NCBI GenBank assembly: GCA_035631615.1
Contig: DASQIK010000066.1
Location: forward strand, 15,852-79,851
Reading direction: 5' to 3'
Source: Candidatus Dormiibacterota bacterium
GTDB lineage: Bacteria > Chloroflexota > Limnocylindria > Limnocylindrales > CSP1-4
Length of the DNA stretch: 64,000 bases
Below the pieces are notes generated by a model. The model saw nothing but the letters and a program-made list of their open reading frames with translations. It was not told the origin of the DNA and did no database searches. The position numbers and the translations under genes are program-made. Each line of letters begins with the position of its first letter. Position 1 is the first letter of the stretch. This document shows, piece after piece, positions 1 through 9,898 of the stretch.

Positions 1-46
1 TCGAGCTGCCGCGTCGGACCGACGGCCTCGCTCATGCTCGGCGTGC

Positions 47-955
47 CTAGCGGCTCGCCGGCGTCTCCGCCAGCAGCTCGCGCACTCGCGCGCCCCGGAC
101 GTGGCGGATGTCCTCTTCATATTTGAGGACGACGCCGAGCGTCTCGTCGACGACCTGTGGGGTCAGCTCTGTCGCGCCGAGCGAGAGCAGGGCCGCGGCC
201 CAGTCGAGCGTCTCGGCGATGCCGGGGACCTTGGTCAGGTCGACCGCGCGCAGCCGGTGCACGAACTCGACCACTCGGCGAGCCAGGTTCTCGGGTGCCG
301 TCGGCACGCGAGCCAGCACGATCTCGTATTCCTTCTCCCGGGTCGGATAGTCGATCCAGTGGTACAGGCAGCGGCGCTTGAGGGCGTCGTGGACCTCGCG
401 TGTCCGGTTCGAGGTCAGGATCACGCGCGGCGGCCTCTCGGCCCTGATCGTGCCGATCTCGGGCACCGTCACCTGGAAGTCGGACAGGATCTCGAGCAGG
501 TACGCCTCGAACTCCTCGTCGGCCCGGTCGATCTCGTCGATGAGGAGGACCGGCGGGGTACCGTCGGTCGACTCGAGGGCCTGGAGGAGCGGGCGCTTGA
601 TCAGGAACTCCGGCCCGAAGATGTCGTGGGCCGTCGCCTGCTCGGCCGCGCCGCGCGCCTCGAGGAGCCGGATCTCGAGCATCTGGCGCGGGTAGTTCCA
701 CTCGTAGACCGCGGTGTTGACGTCGAGGCCCTCGTAGCACTGGAGCCGGATGAGCCGCGCACCCAGGCTCGAGGCGAGGACCTTCGCGAGCTCCGTCTTG
801 CCGACGCCCGCCTCGCCCTCGAGCAGCAGCGGCCGCCCGAGCTGGAGCGCGAGGAACACCGCCGTCGCGAGCGATCCGTCGGTGATGTAGCCGCGTTCGC
901 GAAACGCGGCCTGCACGCCGGTGGCTGTCGAGAGATCGCCGGGTGGAGTCGTCAT
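47..955 (-). CDS. MoxR/CoxD-type AAA+ ATPase
   Basis: Frame of ORF 47..1246 trimmed to the ATG at 953-955 (MTTPPGDL...). Walker A GEAGVGKT and Walker B LLIDEIDRA are present. The upstream 97 codons are Arg/Pro/Ser-rich and overlap the next gene region. Confidence 0.85.
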   Translation of the reverse strand: MTTPPGDLSTATGVQAAFRERGYITDGSLATAVFLALQLGRPLLLEGEAGVGKTELAKVLASSLGARLIRLQCYEGLDVNTAVYEWNYPRQMLEIRLLEARGAAEQATAHDIFGPEFLIKRPLLQALESTDGTPPVLLIDEIDRADEEFEAYLLEILSDFQVTVPEIGTIRAERPPRVILTSNRTREVHDALKRRCLYHWIDYPTREKEYEIVLARVPTAPENLARRVVEFVHRLRAVDLTKVPGIAETLDWAAALLSLGATELTPQVVDETLGVVLKYEEDIRHVRGARVRELLAETPASR

Positions 956-1010
956 GGGACCCGACTCTACACGAACGGCCGCGTTCGGCTGCGCTCGCCA
1001 TGGCCGGCGG

Positions 1011-1865
1011 TCAGCGAACGCGACGGACCTCGGCAGCGGCATGGGCGCGTCGGGCCATGACCAGCGCCATGGCGGCGCGGTAGTCGCGATCGGCGTGGAT
1101 GTCGGACGCGACACGCTGGCCGGAGGTGATCGTGGCGACGGCGGCGGCGAATGGCGTCCCTGCCGCGACTGCACGTTCCGCGTCGATCGCCCGATATGGC
1201 TGCTCCCCCACCCCGGTGACACCGATGGCACACGCGCCCCCCGCATCGGCCGTGCCCAGCGCGATCGCGACCCCCGCGATCGGGTAGCCGGACGCGGGCT
1301 GCGGCAGCGCGCAGTACACGGAGGCGCTGGACGTCGCTGGTACGGGAATCCGGACCTCGGTCAGGATCTCGTCGGGCGCCATCGCCGTCGCAAAGGGGCC
1401 GGCGAACAGCTGCGTGACGGGGATCGCGCGCTCGCCCCTCGCGGCGGAGCGTACGACCACCTCGAAGCCGAGTGCCAGCGCCGGCGCGGCGATGTCGCTC
1501 GCGGGATCCGCGTGCGCGAGGCTGCCCCCGATGGTGCCCATGTTCCGGACCTGGAGGTCGCCGATGACCGGCAGCGCATCGGCAAGGGCTCCGTAGCTCA
1601 CGACCCGGTCGTCGGCCAGGAGCGCCGCCCACGTGGTCAGGGCGCCGATGCGGAGCCCGCCGCCGTCGCCATCGCGGACACCACGCAGCTCCGCGAGCCA
1701 ACCGAGGTCGACGAGCCGCTCCGGGCGCGCGAGTCGCACCTTCATGAGCGGGATCAGGCTCTGCCCGCCGGCAAGCACGCGGATCGAGGGGTCGGCCGCG
1801 GCGACGAGCTCGAGCGCCTCGTCGAGCGTGCGGGCCCGGGCGTAGTCGAACGCGGCGGGGATCAT
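1011..1865 (-). CDS. molybdenum hydroxylase FAD-binding medium subunit (CoxM/CutM-like)
   Basis: [11 protein letters not shown]...[11 protein letters not shown]...[15 protein letters not shown] is typical of the FAD-binding subunit of CO/xanthine dehydrogenase-family enzymes. ATGA overlap with the small-subunit gene. Confidence 0.85.
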   Translation of the reverse strand: MIPAAFDYARARTLDEALELVAAADPSIRVLAGGQSLIPLMKVRLARPERLVDLGWLAELRGVRDGDGGGLRIGALTTWAALLADDRVVSYGALADALPVIGDLQVRNMGTIGGSLAHADPASDIAAPALALGFEVVVRSAARGERAIPVTQLFAGPFATAMAPDEILTEVRIPVPATSSASVYCALPQPASGYPIAGVAIALGTADAGGACAIGVTGVGEQPYRAIDAERAVAAGTPFAAAVATITSGQRVASDIHADRDYRAAMALVMARRAHAAAEVRRVR

Positions 1866-2461
1866 CGGTCTGCCTGGGTCGCGATGACCTCGGCCGCGCC
1901 ATCAGCTGCTCGCGCCTCCGCCCACGAGCGCGGCGCGCCGCCGCGCATGACGGCTGCGCCCTCCCGAATCGAGATCACGATCGACTGGTAGCCCGTGCAC
2001 CGGCACAGGTTGCCGTGCAGGGCGTGCCGAATCTCGCCGTCGGCCGGATCCGGCTCGCGCTCGAGCAGGTCGAGCGCGGTCATGAGCATGCCCGGCGTGC
2101 AGAACCCGCACTGCAGCCCGTGGTGCTCCACGAATGCGGCCTGGAGCGGGTGGAGCTGGTCCGGAGCGGGCGCGAGATTCTCGACGGTCCGGACGGCCGA
2201 GCCGTCCGCCTGCACCGCGAGGACCGTGCACGACTTCACCGCGCGGCCGTCGAGGTGCACCGTGCACGTGCCGCACGACGACGTGTCGCAGCCGACCTTG
2301 GTCCCCGTCAGGTCGAGATCCTCGCGCAGCACGTCGACGAGCAGCCGGCGCGGTTCGACCTCGAGCTCGATCGCCTCGCCGTTGACCGTCAGCCTGATGG
2401 GGATCACGGGCTCGGACTCAGGCCGCTGCTCCGGCCGCCGCGGCCACGTCCTCGATCGCAT
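1862..2461 (-). CDS. molybdenum hydroxylase [2Fe-2S] small subunit (CoxS/CutS-like)
   Basis: Two Fe-S motifs: [12 protein letters not shown] and CGFCTPGM...CRCTGY. Start is uncertain: ATG 2461 overlaps the upstream gene by 44 nt, and GTG at 2407 ([10 protein letters not shown]) is an alternative. Confidence 0.85.
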   Translation of the reverse strand: MRSRTWPRRPEQRPESEPVIPIRLTVNGEAIELEVEPRRLLVDVLREDLDLTGTKVGCDTSSCGTCTVHLDGRAVKSCTVLAVQADGSAVRTVENLAPAPDQLHPLQAAFVEHHGLQCGFCTPGMLMTALDLLEREPDPADGEIRHALHGNLCRCTGYQSIVISIREGAAVMRGGAPRSWAEARAADGAAEVIATQADR

Positions 2462-3695
2462 TGCCGATCCCGTCGACCATCCGGTCGATCTCGGCCTCGC
2501 TGATCACGAACGGCGGCGAGATGTGGATCGCGTGGGCTCGCAGCACGCGTGTTGCGACGCCGTGCCTGAGCGCAGCCGCGACGACCTTGTCCGGCGTCGC
2601 CGGGTCCTTCGCGAGCACCTCGGGCTGGATCGCGACAGCCGCGGTCAGGCCGATCGTTCGAATGTCACCGACGGTCGGCGTGCCCTGCAGGCGGCGCACC
2701 GCCGCGTCGAGCACTGGCTCGAGCTCCCCGACCCGCCCGACCAGGTCCTCGCGCTCGATGATGTCGAGGTTTGCGAGCGCTGCTGCGGCCGCACCGGCGT
2801 GCCCCGAATAGGTGTAGCCGTGGCGGAAGACGGCGCCGGCAATCGGCTCGTCCCAGAACGGCGCGCGCACCCGCTCGCCGACGAGCACGCCGCCGAGCGG
2901 CATGTAGCCCGACGTGACGCCCTTGGCGAACGTGATCATGTCCGGCTCGATCCCGAAGCGCTGCGTTGCCCACCACGTCCCCAGCCGCCCGAAGCCGGTG
3001 ATGACCTCGTCCGCGACGAGGAGGATGTCGTACTGCCTGCACAGCGCGCTGATGTCGCGCCAGTACGACTCGGTCGGCGGGATCACGCCGCCCGCGCCGA
3101 TCACGGGCTCGCCGACGAACATCGCGATCTCGTCGCGCCGCTGCTCGAAGAGGCGCGCGACCGCCTCGACGTCGAGCGCCGGCACGTGGACGACCTCGTT
3201 GATGAACGGCTCGCCGCCGTAGCCGGCCTGCATGACCGGCATCCCACCGAGCGAGGTGCCCATCGCATGCATCCCGTGGTAGGCGTGCTCGCGCGAGACG
3301 AGCAGGGTCTTGTTCGGCTTGCCGACGACGTCCCAGTAGCGCCGCGCGAGCTTCGCCGCGGTGTCGATCGCGTCCGAGCCGCCCGAGGCCAGGAAGACCA
3401 CCGAGTTCGGGATCGGCGACAGCCCGGTCAGCCGATCGGCGACGGCGAGGGTGGCCTCCGACGTGTACGCGCCGAACGAGGAGTAGCCGTGCATCCGGAC
3501 GAGCTGCTCGGCGACGGCGTCGGCGATCTCCCTGCGCCCGTAGCCGACGTTGCAGAACCAGAGCGCACCGGTGGCGTCGACGTACTCGTTGCCCTTCGTG
3601 TCGGTGACGATGGCGCCCTCGCCCTTCGTGATCACGACCTCGCGGTCCTTGATCACGTGCATATCCGCGAAGCCGTGCCAGAAGGTGGTGCTCAT
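2418..3695 (-). CDS. class III PLP-dependent aminotransferase (omega-transaminase-like)
   Basis: Frame of ORF 2418..3953 trimmed to the ATG at 3693-3695 ([13 protein letters not shown]...). [19 protein letters not shown] and [15 protein letters not shown] are class III aminotransferase signatures. Confidence 0.85.
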   Translation of the reverse strand: MSTTFWHGFADMHVIKDREVVITKGEGAIVTDTKGNEYVDATGALWFCNVGYGRREIADAVAEQLVRMHGYSSFGAYTSEATLAVADRLTGLSPIPNSVVFLASGGSDAIDTAAKLARRYWDVVGKPNKTLLVSREHAYHGMHAMGTSLGGMPVMQAGYGGEPFINEVVHVPALDVEAVARLFEQRRDEIAMFVGEPVIGAGGVIPPTESYWRDISALCRQYDILLVADEVITGFGRLGTWWATQRFGIEPDMITFAKGVTSGYMPLGGVLVGERVRAPFWDEPIAGAVFRHGYTYSGHAGAAAAALANLDIIEREDLVGRVGELEPVLDAAVRRLQGTPTVGDIRTIGLTAAVAIQPEVLAKDPATPDKVVAAALRHGVATRVLRAHAIHISPPFVISEAEIDRMVDGIGNAIEDVAAAAGAAA

Positions 3696-3927
3696 CCCGC
3701 CGCCAAGCCTATCAACGGGCCGCCGGCTTCGGAGTCGGCTGGGACGGCCGGGCCGCCGGCCAGTTCGTGGTGTTCCGTCGCTCCACAAGGATTTCGAAAT
3801 GGTTGGAGTCAAGCCGAACCATCGGAGGAACGCCGCAAATCGCCGGATAAGCGTTGACGAAGGCAGCACAAACGATCGCGCGCGATCATTGGAGCCACCT
3901 CCGCCGTGCTTCGCTGAGGTCTTCCAT

Positions 3928-4299
3928 ATGCCCCGGCACATGGCAGAAGGCATCGAGCTGCTGGCGGACCCGACCCGACGCCAGATCGTCGCACTCCTGG
4001 CGGGCCGGATCTGGCACCCAGCGGATATCGCAGCGGCGATCGGCCTGGGCCGACCAGCGGTGAGTCGTCAACTTAGACTGCTGACGAGCGCCGGGCTGAT
4101 TCGCTGGCGACGCTCTGGGATCGACAGACGCGCACGCGAGTACTTCATCGATCCTGCCATGCACGACCCGATCATCGCGTGGCTCGCTGGCGTCGACCTG
4201 CGCCGGGTGCGACCGATCGCCCGGCCCGATTGGTCGCCGCCGATGCGCGTCCATCGCCTTCGCCGCGACGCGAGCGCACTCACCGTCGATCGAGAGTGA
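3928..4299 (+). CDS. ArsR-family HTH transcriptional regulator
   Basis: ATG at 3928 within ORF 3550..4299. LADPTRRQIVALLAG...ADIAAAIGLGRPAVSRQLRLLTSAGLI is a winged-helix ArsR/SmtB pattern. Confidence 0.75.
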   Translation: MPRHMAEGIELLADPTRRQIVALLAGRIWHPADIAAAIGLGRPAVSRQLRLLTSAGLIRWRRSGIDRRAREYFIDPAMHDPIIAWLAGVDLRRVRPIARPDWSPPMRVHRLRRDASALTVDRE

Positions 4300-4409
4300 T
4301 CGATGGCGACCGCGAGACCGACGCCGAATCCGATTTGCCCCCTCTCCGCGGTAGTTCGGCTTCGCTCGAACCATCTCGTGCCGGGGCCTGGCGGCAGGGT
4401 TGGGCCGCC

Positions 4410-4449
4410 GCTGGCCGTTTGGCGGTGGCGCTGGCCGTTTGGCGGTGGC
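4410..4449. repeat. perfect 20-bp tandem duplication (GCTGGCCGTTTGGCGGTGGC x2) upstream of the response regulator
   Basis: Read directly: 4410-4429 is identical to 4430-4449. It lies 87 nt upstream of the GTG start at 4536. Confidence 0.9.
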
Positions 4450-4535
4450 GCGGGCGCCTGTGGCGGGGCGCGCCGCTTACATCGCGCTTACACGACGCGG
4501 TCCTGGCGGCCGGGGCCGGGCGTATCCTCGCCGCC

Positions 4536-5234
4536 GTGAAATCGATCCTGGTCGTGGACGATGAGCGGAACATCGTCGACCTGCTGCGGCTGTACCTCGA
4601 GAAGGAGGGCTTCGGCGTCGTGGCTGCGGCCGACGGCGAGCAGGCGCTTGCGCTCCATGCGCGCCACGAGCCGGACCTGGTGATCCTCGACCTGATGCTG
4701 CCGAAGCGCGACGGCTTCGAGGTCTGCCGCGAGATCCGCCGCCGCGGCGACACCCCGGTGATCATGCTCACGGCGCGGGGCGACGACGTCGACTCGATCG
4801 TCGGGCTGGAGCTTGGCGCGGACGACTACGTGACCAAGCCGTTCAACCCGCGCGAGCTCGTGGCCCGGGTCAAGGCGGTCCTGCGACGCTCGGATGGAGC
4901 GGTACGCGGGGGGCGGCCGTTCGAGGTCGGCGACCTGCGGGTCGATCCGCGCCGGCGCGACGCGTACGTCGGGGAGCGTCGACTGTCGCTCCGACCCCGC
5001 GAGTTCGACCTGCTGGTTGCGCTGGCGCGCGATCCGGGAGTCGTGCTGACCCGCGATGCCCTGCTCGAGGGCGTCTGGGGCACCGACTTCCCTGGCGAGA
5101 CGCGCACCGTCGACGTCCACGTCGCGGAGCTGCGCAAGGCACTCGCGCCCGATGGGCCCGAGATCGAGACGGCGCGCGGCTACGGCTATCGGATGGTCCC
5201 GGCGGCGCGCGAGCCGGTGCCGGGACCGGACTGA
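4536..5234 (+). CDS. OmpR/PhoB-family response regulator
   Basis: GTG at 4536 (VKSILVVDDE...) within ORF 4179..5234. Receiver motifs DLVILDLMLP and KPF, with a C-terminal winged-helix (TRTVDVHVAELRKAL...GYGY). Confidence 0.9.
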   Translation: MKSILVVDDERNIVDLLRLYLEKEGFGVVAAADGEQALALHARHEPDLVILDLMLPKRDGFEVCREIRRRGDTPVIMLTARGDDVDSIVGLELGADDYVTKPFNPRELVARVKAVLRRSDGAVRGGRPFEVGDLRVDPRRRDAYVGERRLSLRPREFDLLVALARDPGVVLTRDALLEGVWGTDFPGETRTVDVHVAELRKALAPDGPEIETARGYGYRMVPAAREPVPGPD

Positions 5235-5240
5235 AATCGA

Positions 5241-6659
5241 GTGATGCCGCGCTCCCTGGGCGGGCGGCTCGTGGCCGCGTTCGCACTCCTGGCGCTCGCC
5301 ATCGTCCTCGCGGTCGGCGGAACGCTGTTCGTCGTGCTGCGCGGGCTGCATGCCGATGCGACCCTCGGTGGCCTCCAGGACGTCGCCGGCAGCGTGCTGC
5401 CGCAGGTCCGCGACAGCATCGGAACGGGGCAGCTCCGCGGCACGGTCGCCGAGGTGAGCTCGCAGCTCGCGTCGAGTGGGATCCAGGTCATGCTCGTCGG
5501 CGCCGATGGGCGTCTCCGGCCCATCGGCGGCGCGGCTGCGGGAGATCCGATTCTCACCGCCGACCTCTCGATCGGCGAGACGGCGCACGGCAGCGTGACC
5601 CTCGATGGCGACAGGTTCCTGTGGGTCGCGACGGGGATCCGGAAGGTTGGAGCGGCGACGCCGCGGGCAGTGGCGTTTCTCGCCGCCGACCGATCCGGCG
5701 CGCTGGCGCTCGCCGACGTCGGGCGCACGATTCCGATCGTCATCGTGGTCATCCTGCTGATCGCGACGCCGCTCGCGCTCGTGTTGTCGCGGAGCGTGAC
5801 GCGGCCGCTCCGCCGCCTCGCGGACGCGACGACGGACATCCCCGCTGGCCGGGCCGTCGCGCTGCCGTTGTCCGGTCCGAAGGAGGTCCGCGAGCTCACC
5901 GGGACGTTCAATGCGATGACCGCCGAGCTCGACGCGACGAGGAAGCGCGAGGATGAGCTGCTCGCGAACCTCCGCCACGACCTGCGCACGCCGCTGACTG
6001 TGATCGCCGGGTTCGCCACGGCGCTCGGCGACGGCACGGCGACGGGGGACGCCGCCATTGCGGCGGCCAGGGCGATCGAGGAGGAGGCGCGGCGCCTGGA
6101 GCGCCTGGTGTCCGAGGTCGGCGCCGTCGAGCGCATTCGGTCCGGCGAGGAATCGATCCGACCGGAGCTCCTCGACGCCGGCGAGATCGTGGCCGCGACG
6201 GCGACCCGGTTCGGCCCGCGCGCCGCGGCCGCGAACGTGCGGCTCACGACCGACCTGCCCGAGGGAGCGGCGCTGACCATCGCCGCCGACCGGCTCGCCC
6301 TGGATCGGATGCTCGGCAACCTCGTCGAGAACGCCCTCGCAGCCCTCGCGGGACGCCCGAACGGTGCCGTGGTCATCGCGGCCGCTCCGGCGCGGCTGCC
6401 GGGTGGCGCCGAGGCGATCGAGCTCGACGTGCTCGACGACGGGCCCGGGTTCCCGGACGGGACCGCGCCCCGGGCCTTCGAGCGGTTCTGGCGAGCCGAT
6501 CCCGCGCGCGCCGGCACGGGCTCCGGGCTCGGACTGTCGATCGTCCAGGAGCTCGCGGTCGCGCACGGCGGCAACGCGCATGCCGAGAATCGTCCCGAGG
6601 GTGGGGCCCGCGTGGGAGTGACGCTCCCGCGCGTCCCGTGGCCCGCGCCGAGGCCTTAG
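5241..6659 (+). CDS. sensor histidine kinase (TM-HAMP-HisKA-HATPase)
   Basis: Two TM segments, an H-box LRHDLRTPLT, an N-box ENAL, and G-boxes DDGPGF / GSGLGLSIV. Sits 7 nt downstream of the response regulator. Confidence 0.9.
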   Translation: MMPRSLGGRLVAAFALLALAIVLAVGGTLFVVLRGLHADATLGGLQDVAGSVLPQVRDSIGTGQLRGTVAEVSSQLASSGIQVMLVGADGRLRPIGGAAAGDPILTADLSIGETAHGSVTLDGDRFLWVATGIRKVGAATPRAVAFLAADRSGALALADVGRTIPIVIVVILLIATPLALVLSRSVTRPLRRLADATTDIPAGRAVALPLSGPKEVRELTGTFNAMTAELDATRKREDELLANLRHDLRTPLTVIAGFATALGDGTATGDAAIAAARAIEEEARRLERLVSEVGAVERIRSGEESIRPELLDAGEIVAATATRFGPRAAAANVRLTTDLPEGAALTIAADRLALDRMLGNLVENALAALAGRPNGAVVIAAAPARLPGGAEAIELDVLDDGPGFPDGTAPRAFERFWRADPARAGTGSGLGLSIVQELAVAHGGNAHAENRPEGGARVGVTLPRVPWPAPRP

Positions 6660-7660
6660 GCCCCGGCGGCGCCCTCGAGGAACTCTCCGAGCCGGGAAAT
6701 CTCGACATTCCCGCCCGAGGCGATCACGCACACGCGCTCGCCAGCGCGAATCGGGATGCGCCCGTGGATCACGGCGGCCAGTGCCGCCGCGCCAGCCGGC
6801 TCGAGGACCTGCTTCATCCGCTCGGCCGCGAACCGGAGGCCGCGCAGGATCGTGGCGTCGTCGAGGAGCACGATGTCATCGAGGTACGTGCGGCAGATCG
6901 GCAGCGTCCACTCGCCCGCGAACGGCGCGCCAAGGCCATCGGCCAGGCTGGCCGGCTCGACGCGGACCACCTGCCCGGCCTTGATCGCGCGGGAGACGGC
7001 ATCGGAGCGCTCGGGCTCGACGCCGTAGACGCGGGTGCCCGGCCGCTGCTCCTTGAGCGCCGTCGCCACGCCGCTGATCAGGCCACCTCCGCCAACGCCG
7101 GCGACGACCACGTCGACATCGGGCAGGTCCTCGAGGATCTCGAGGCCGACCGAGCCGTTGCCGGCGATGACCTCGGGATCGTCGAATGGATGGACGAGCG
7201 TGAGCCCGCGCTCGTCGATGAGCTCCTGGAGCCGGGCCAGGGTCTCGCCGATGTGCGCGCCGTGGAGGACGACCTCGGCGCCGTAGTCGCGTGACGCGTC
7301 GACCTTCGATCGGACGGCCTTCGCCGGCATCGTGACCGTGACCGCCACGCCCTCGACACTCCCGGCCCAGGCGTAGGCCTGGGCGGCATTGCCGGCGGAG
7401 AGCGTGATGACGCCTGCGGCACGCTCGGCGGAGCTCAGCGAGGTGAGCTTCGAGAGGGCCGCCCGCGGCTTGAACGAGCCGGTCTTCTGGAGGTGCTCGG
7501 CCTTCACGTACAGCCGGCCATCGCCGATTCTCGCTGCCGTGGCTCCCTCGACCAGCCGGGCTGCGGTGGCCGACGTGAAGATCGGGGTGCGGTGCACGCG
7601 TCCGGTGATCCGCTCGCGGGCGGCATGGATTCGCTCGATCGGGACGAGCCGATCCGCCAC
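6656..7660 (-). CDS. PLP-dependent threonine/serine dehydratase family enzyme
   Basis: C-terminal 335 codons of ORF 6656..9337, from the GTG at 7658-7660 (VADRLVPIERI...). Motifs: KAEHLQKTGSFKPR (PLP lysine), GNAAQA, GVGGGGLISG. Start overlaps the upstream stop by 1 nt. Confidence 0.8.
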   Translation of the reverse strand: MADRLVPIERIHAARERITGRVHRTPIFTSATAARLVEGATAARIGDGRLYVKAEHLQKTGSFKPRAALSKLTSLSSAERAAGVITLSAGNAAQAYAWAGSVEGVAVTVTMPAKAVRSKVDASRDYGAEVVLHGAHIGETLARLQELIDERGLTLVHPFDDPEVIAGNGSVGLEILEDLPDVDVVVAGVGGGGLISGVATALKEQRPGTRVYGVEPERSDAVSRAIKAGQVVRVEPASLADGLGAPFAGEWTLPICRTYLDDIVLLDDATILRGLRFAAERMKQVLEPAGAAALAAVIHGRIPIRAGERVCVIASGGNVEISRLGEFLEGAAGA

Positions 7661-8829
7661 TAGAGCGTCGCGCCGCCGACGGCCAGCGCGGTCGCGACCA
7701 CGGCGACGAGGCCGATCACGCCCGCCGAGATCAGCAGCGGCGAGCGAACGGCCGCGCCCCCGGTCGGGTGCTGCCAGGCGGACCGGAGCGTCGGCACCTT
7801 GCCCGGCGGCACGACGAATCCGAGCCACAGCCCGGAGATGAGGCCGCCGATGTGCGCCGCGTTGTCGATCCCCGGCACGGCGAAGCCGATGACGAGGTTG
7901 AGGATGACGAGCATCCCGAGCTGCGGCACGATCTGCCGCGAGCGTCGGTCGAGGATGGGATGGTGGGCGCGCGTCCCGGCAAGCACGACGCCGATGAGGC
8001 CGAAGATTGCGCCGGATGCACCGACGGCGGGCCCGACCGAGAGGATGAAGCTCGTCGTCGATGCGGCGACCGCGGTCAGCAGGTAGAACAGCACGAACAT
8101 CCTGCGGCCCCACGCCTGCTCGACGATCGGCCCGATGATCCACAGCGCGTACATGTTCAGGCCCAGGTGCAGCAGCCCGGCATGCACGAGGGTCACGCTC
8201 GCCAGCCGGTACAGCTCGCCGTTCTGGATCGCCGACCGCTCCAGCCACAGCGCCTCCGTCACGCCCGGCACGGAGCTCGCGAAGAGCGAGACCGCGGTGG
8301 TGATCCCGATGACGATCAGCGTCAGGCTGAGCCCCACCGACCCCCGGCTGCGGGCGAAGTAGCGGTTCGCTGCGCCGGTGTTGCCGGTCTCCTTGGCGAG
8401 CCAGCCGAGGCGGCTCGCGATCTCCGCCCTGTCCTCCGTTGGTGCGCGGCGATCCGCCTCGCGATACGCCGCGATCGCGCCCTGGAGATCGCCGCCGCGC
8501 ACCCGCACGCCGGCGAGATTCCGCCACGCCGTGTACGTCGACGGGTTCTCGCGCAGGCGCGTGACCGCTTCCCACTGGGCGGCTGCCTGGGCTTCCTGGT
8601 CGAGCCGGTACAGCGCGTCGCCCGAGCCGAGGAGCGCCGCGGCGGTGATCGCCGGGTCCTCGTGGCCGACGACGCGCTGGAAGTCGGCGAAGGCCGGGGC
8701 GAGGTCGCCGGCGTCGAGCCGCTCGCGACCGCGCTCGAGCAGCTGGTTCGCGGTCGCGGCCGTCAGCGGACCCTTCGTCGCAACGGCGGCATCCAGCGTG
8801 GCATCGGGGTCGGCTCCAGGGTGATCCAT
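7660..8829 (-). CDS. rhomboid-family intramembrane serine protease with N-terminal TPR-like region
   Basis: Trimmed to the ATG at 8827-8829 (MDHPGADP...). Rhomboid motifs: HAGLLHLGLNMYAL, GASGAIFGL (catalytic Ser), AHIGGLISG (catalytic His). Multiple TM helices. Confidence 0.85.
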   Translation of the reverse strand: MDHPGADPDATLDAAVATKGPLTAATANQLLERGRERLDAGDLAPAFADFQRVVGHEDPAITAAALLGSGDALYRLDQEAQAAAQWEAVTRLRENPSTYTAWRNLAGVRVRGGDLQGAIAAYREADRRAPTEDRAEIASRLGWLAKETGNTGAANRYFARSRGSVGLSLTLIVIGITTAVSLFASSVPGVTEALWLERSAIQNGELYRLASVTLVHAGLLHLGLNMYALWIIGPIVEQAWGRRMFVLFYLLTAVAASTTSFILSVGPAVGASGAIFGLIGVVLAGTRAHHPILDRRSRQIVPQLGMLVILNLVIGFAVPGIDNAAHIGGLISGLWLGFVVPPGKVPTLRSAWQHPTGGAAVRSPLLISAGVIGLVAVVATALAVGGATL

Positions 8830-8854
8830 TCCGGCGGACGATACTAGAGAAGCC

Positions 8855-9652
8855 ATGTGCGGACGGATGACCCAGCAGCGACCCACCTCTGAGCTCGCCG
8901 AGATCTTCGACGCGGAGGACCGGATCGACGCGCCCGGCGGCAGGTTCAACCTCGCCCCGACCGACGACGCGGCTGTCGTCGTCCAGCGCGAGGATCACCG
9001 CGCAGTCACTGCCTATCGCTGGGGCCTGATCCCGCACTGGTCGGACTCGCCGAAGACCGGCAACCGGATGTTCAACGCGCGGGCGGAGACCATCGACCGC
9101 CAGCCGGCGTTCCGGTACGCGTTCTCGAAGCGCCGCTGCCTCGTTCCGGTCGACGCGTACTACGAGTGGCAGCGCGCCGGCAACGTCCGGCAGCCGTACG
9201 CGATCATCCGGCCGGACGGGCGCCCGATCGCGCTCGCGGGCCTGTGGGCGGGCTGGAAGGACGAGGACACGGGCGAGGTGATCCGCTCGTTCACGATCGT
9301 GACCACGTCCGCGAACGACATGATGGCGCCGATCCACGACCGGATGCCCGTGATGATCCCGGAGGACGCGTGGGACCGGTGGCTCGATCCGGCCCGCACG
9401 GATGGCGCGGCCCTGGGCGAGCTGAAGGGCCTGCTCGTCCCAACCGAGGACGGCACGCTCGAGCTGTACCCCGTCTCACGCCGCGTCAACGACGTCCGCA
9501 ACGACGGGCCCGATCTCGTCGAGCCGATCCCGGAGGCCGAGGTCGCGAGCGGCCCCGCGCGCCCGACGCACGATCCGCGCCGGCGCGCCGCGAAGGCCGC
9601 GGAGCCTGGCCTGTTCGACGACCCCGACGAGGGGCCCTCCGAACGCGCATGA
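8855..9652 (+). CDS. SOS response-associated peptidase (SRAP/YedK-like)
   Basis: Starts MCGR (catalytic Cys2). Motifs NLAPT, WGLIPHW, FNARAET, CLVP..YYEW and DRMPV are typical of the SRAP family. Confidence 0.9.
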   Translation: MCGRMTQQRPTSELAEIFDAEDRIDAPGGRFNLAPTDDAAVVVQREDHRAVTAYRWGLIPHWSDSPKTGNRMFNARAETIDRQPAFRYAFSKRRCLVPVDAYYEWQRAGNVRQPYAIIRPDGRPIALAGLWAGWKDEDTGEVIRSFTIVTTSANDMMAPIHDRMPVMIPEDAWDRWLDPARTDGAALGELKGLLVPTEDGTLELYPVSRRVNDVRNDGPDLVEPIPEAEVASGPARPTHDPRRRAAKAAEPGLFDDPDEGPSERA

Positions 9653-9707
9653 CGCACGTACCGACCGATCGCCGGCTCGTCCCGCGCCCGCAAAGAGTAC
9701 GAATCTC

Positions 9708-9886
9708 GATCTTGGCCACTTCGACATGCCGGGGCGCTTCGTCAAGTTGACCCGGCGATGCCGATGGCGCGGCGCGCCGATTGGTTCGACAGCGAGCACA
9801 ACCTGACGCCAAGCCACCGAGCCATCCAGCCCCGATTGGCCGTACGAGTTCACGAACCGTCCCGGGGCGTCGAAGTGGCCAGAATC
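9708..9886. repeat. inverted-repeat element, copy 1 (about 179 bp) in a convergent intergenic spacer
   Basis: Left arm GATCTTGGCCACTTCGAC (9708-9725) pairs imperfectly with right arm GTCGAAGTGGCCAGAATC (9869-9886). Pairing extends inward (GCCGGGGCG / CGTCCCGGGGC). Both ends recur at 60821-60989. Confidence 0.7.
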
Positions 9887-9898
9887 ACCGACGGCTGG

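Noticed and set aside
4410-4449. CRISPR array check, here and at 28110-28135, 41228-41249 and 51475-51516
   Set aside because: All of these are contiguous tandem repeats without spacers, of only 2-7 short units, and no cas genes are present. There is no CRISPR in this window.
6656-9337. 893-aa ORF suggesting a giant fusion protein
   Set aside because: Only the C-terminal 335 codons look like a real protein (a PLP dehydratase). The upstream part overlaps the rhomboid gene in another frame and is Arg/Pro-rich. A GTG start at 7660 abuts the rhomboid stop.
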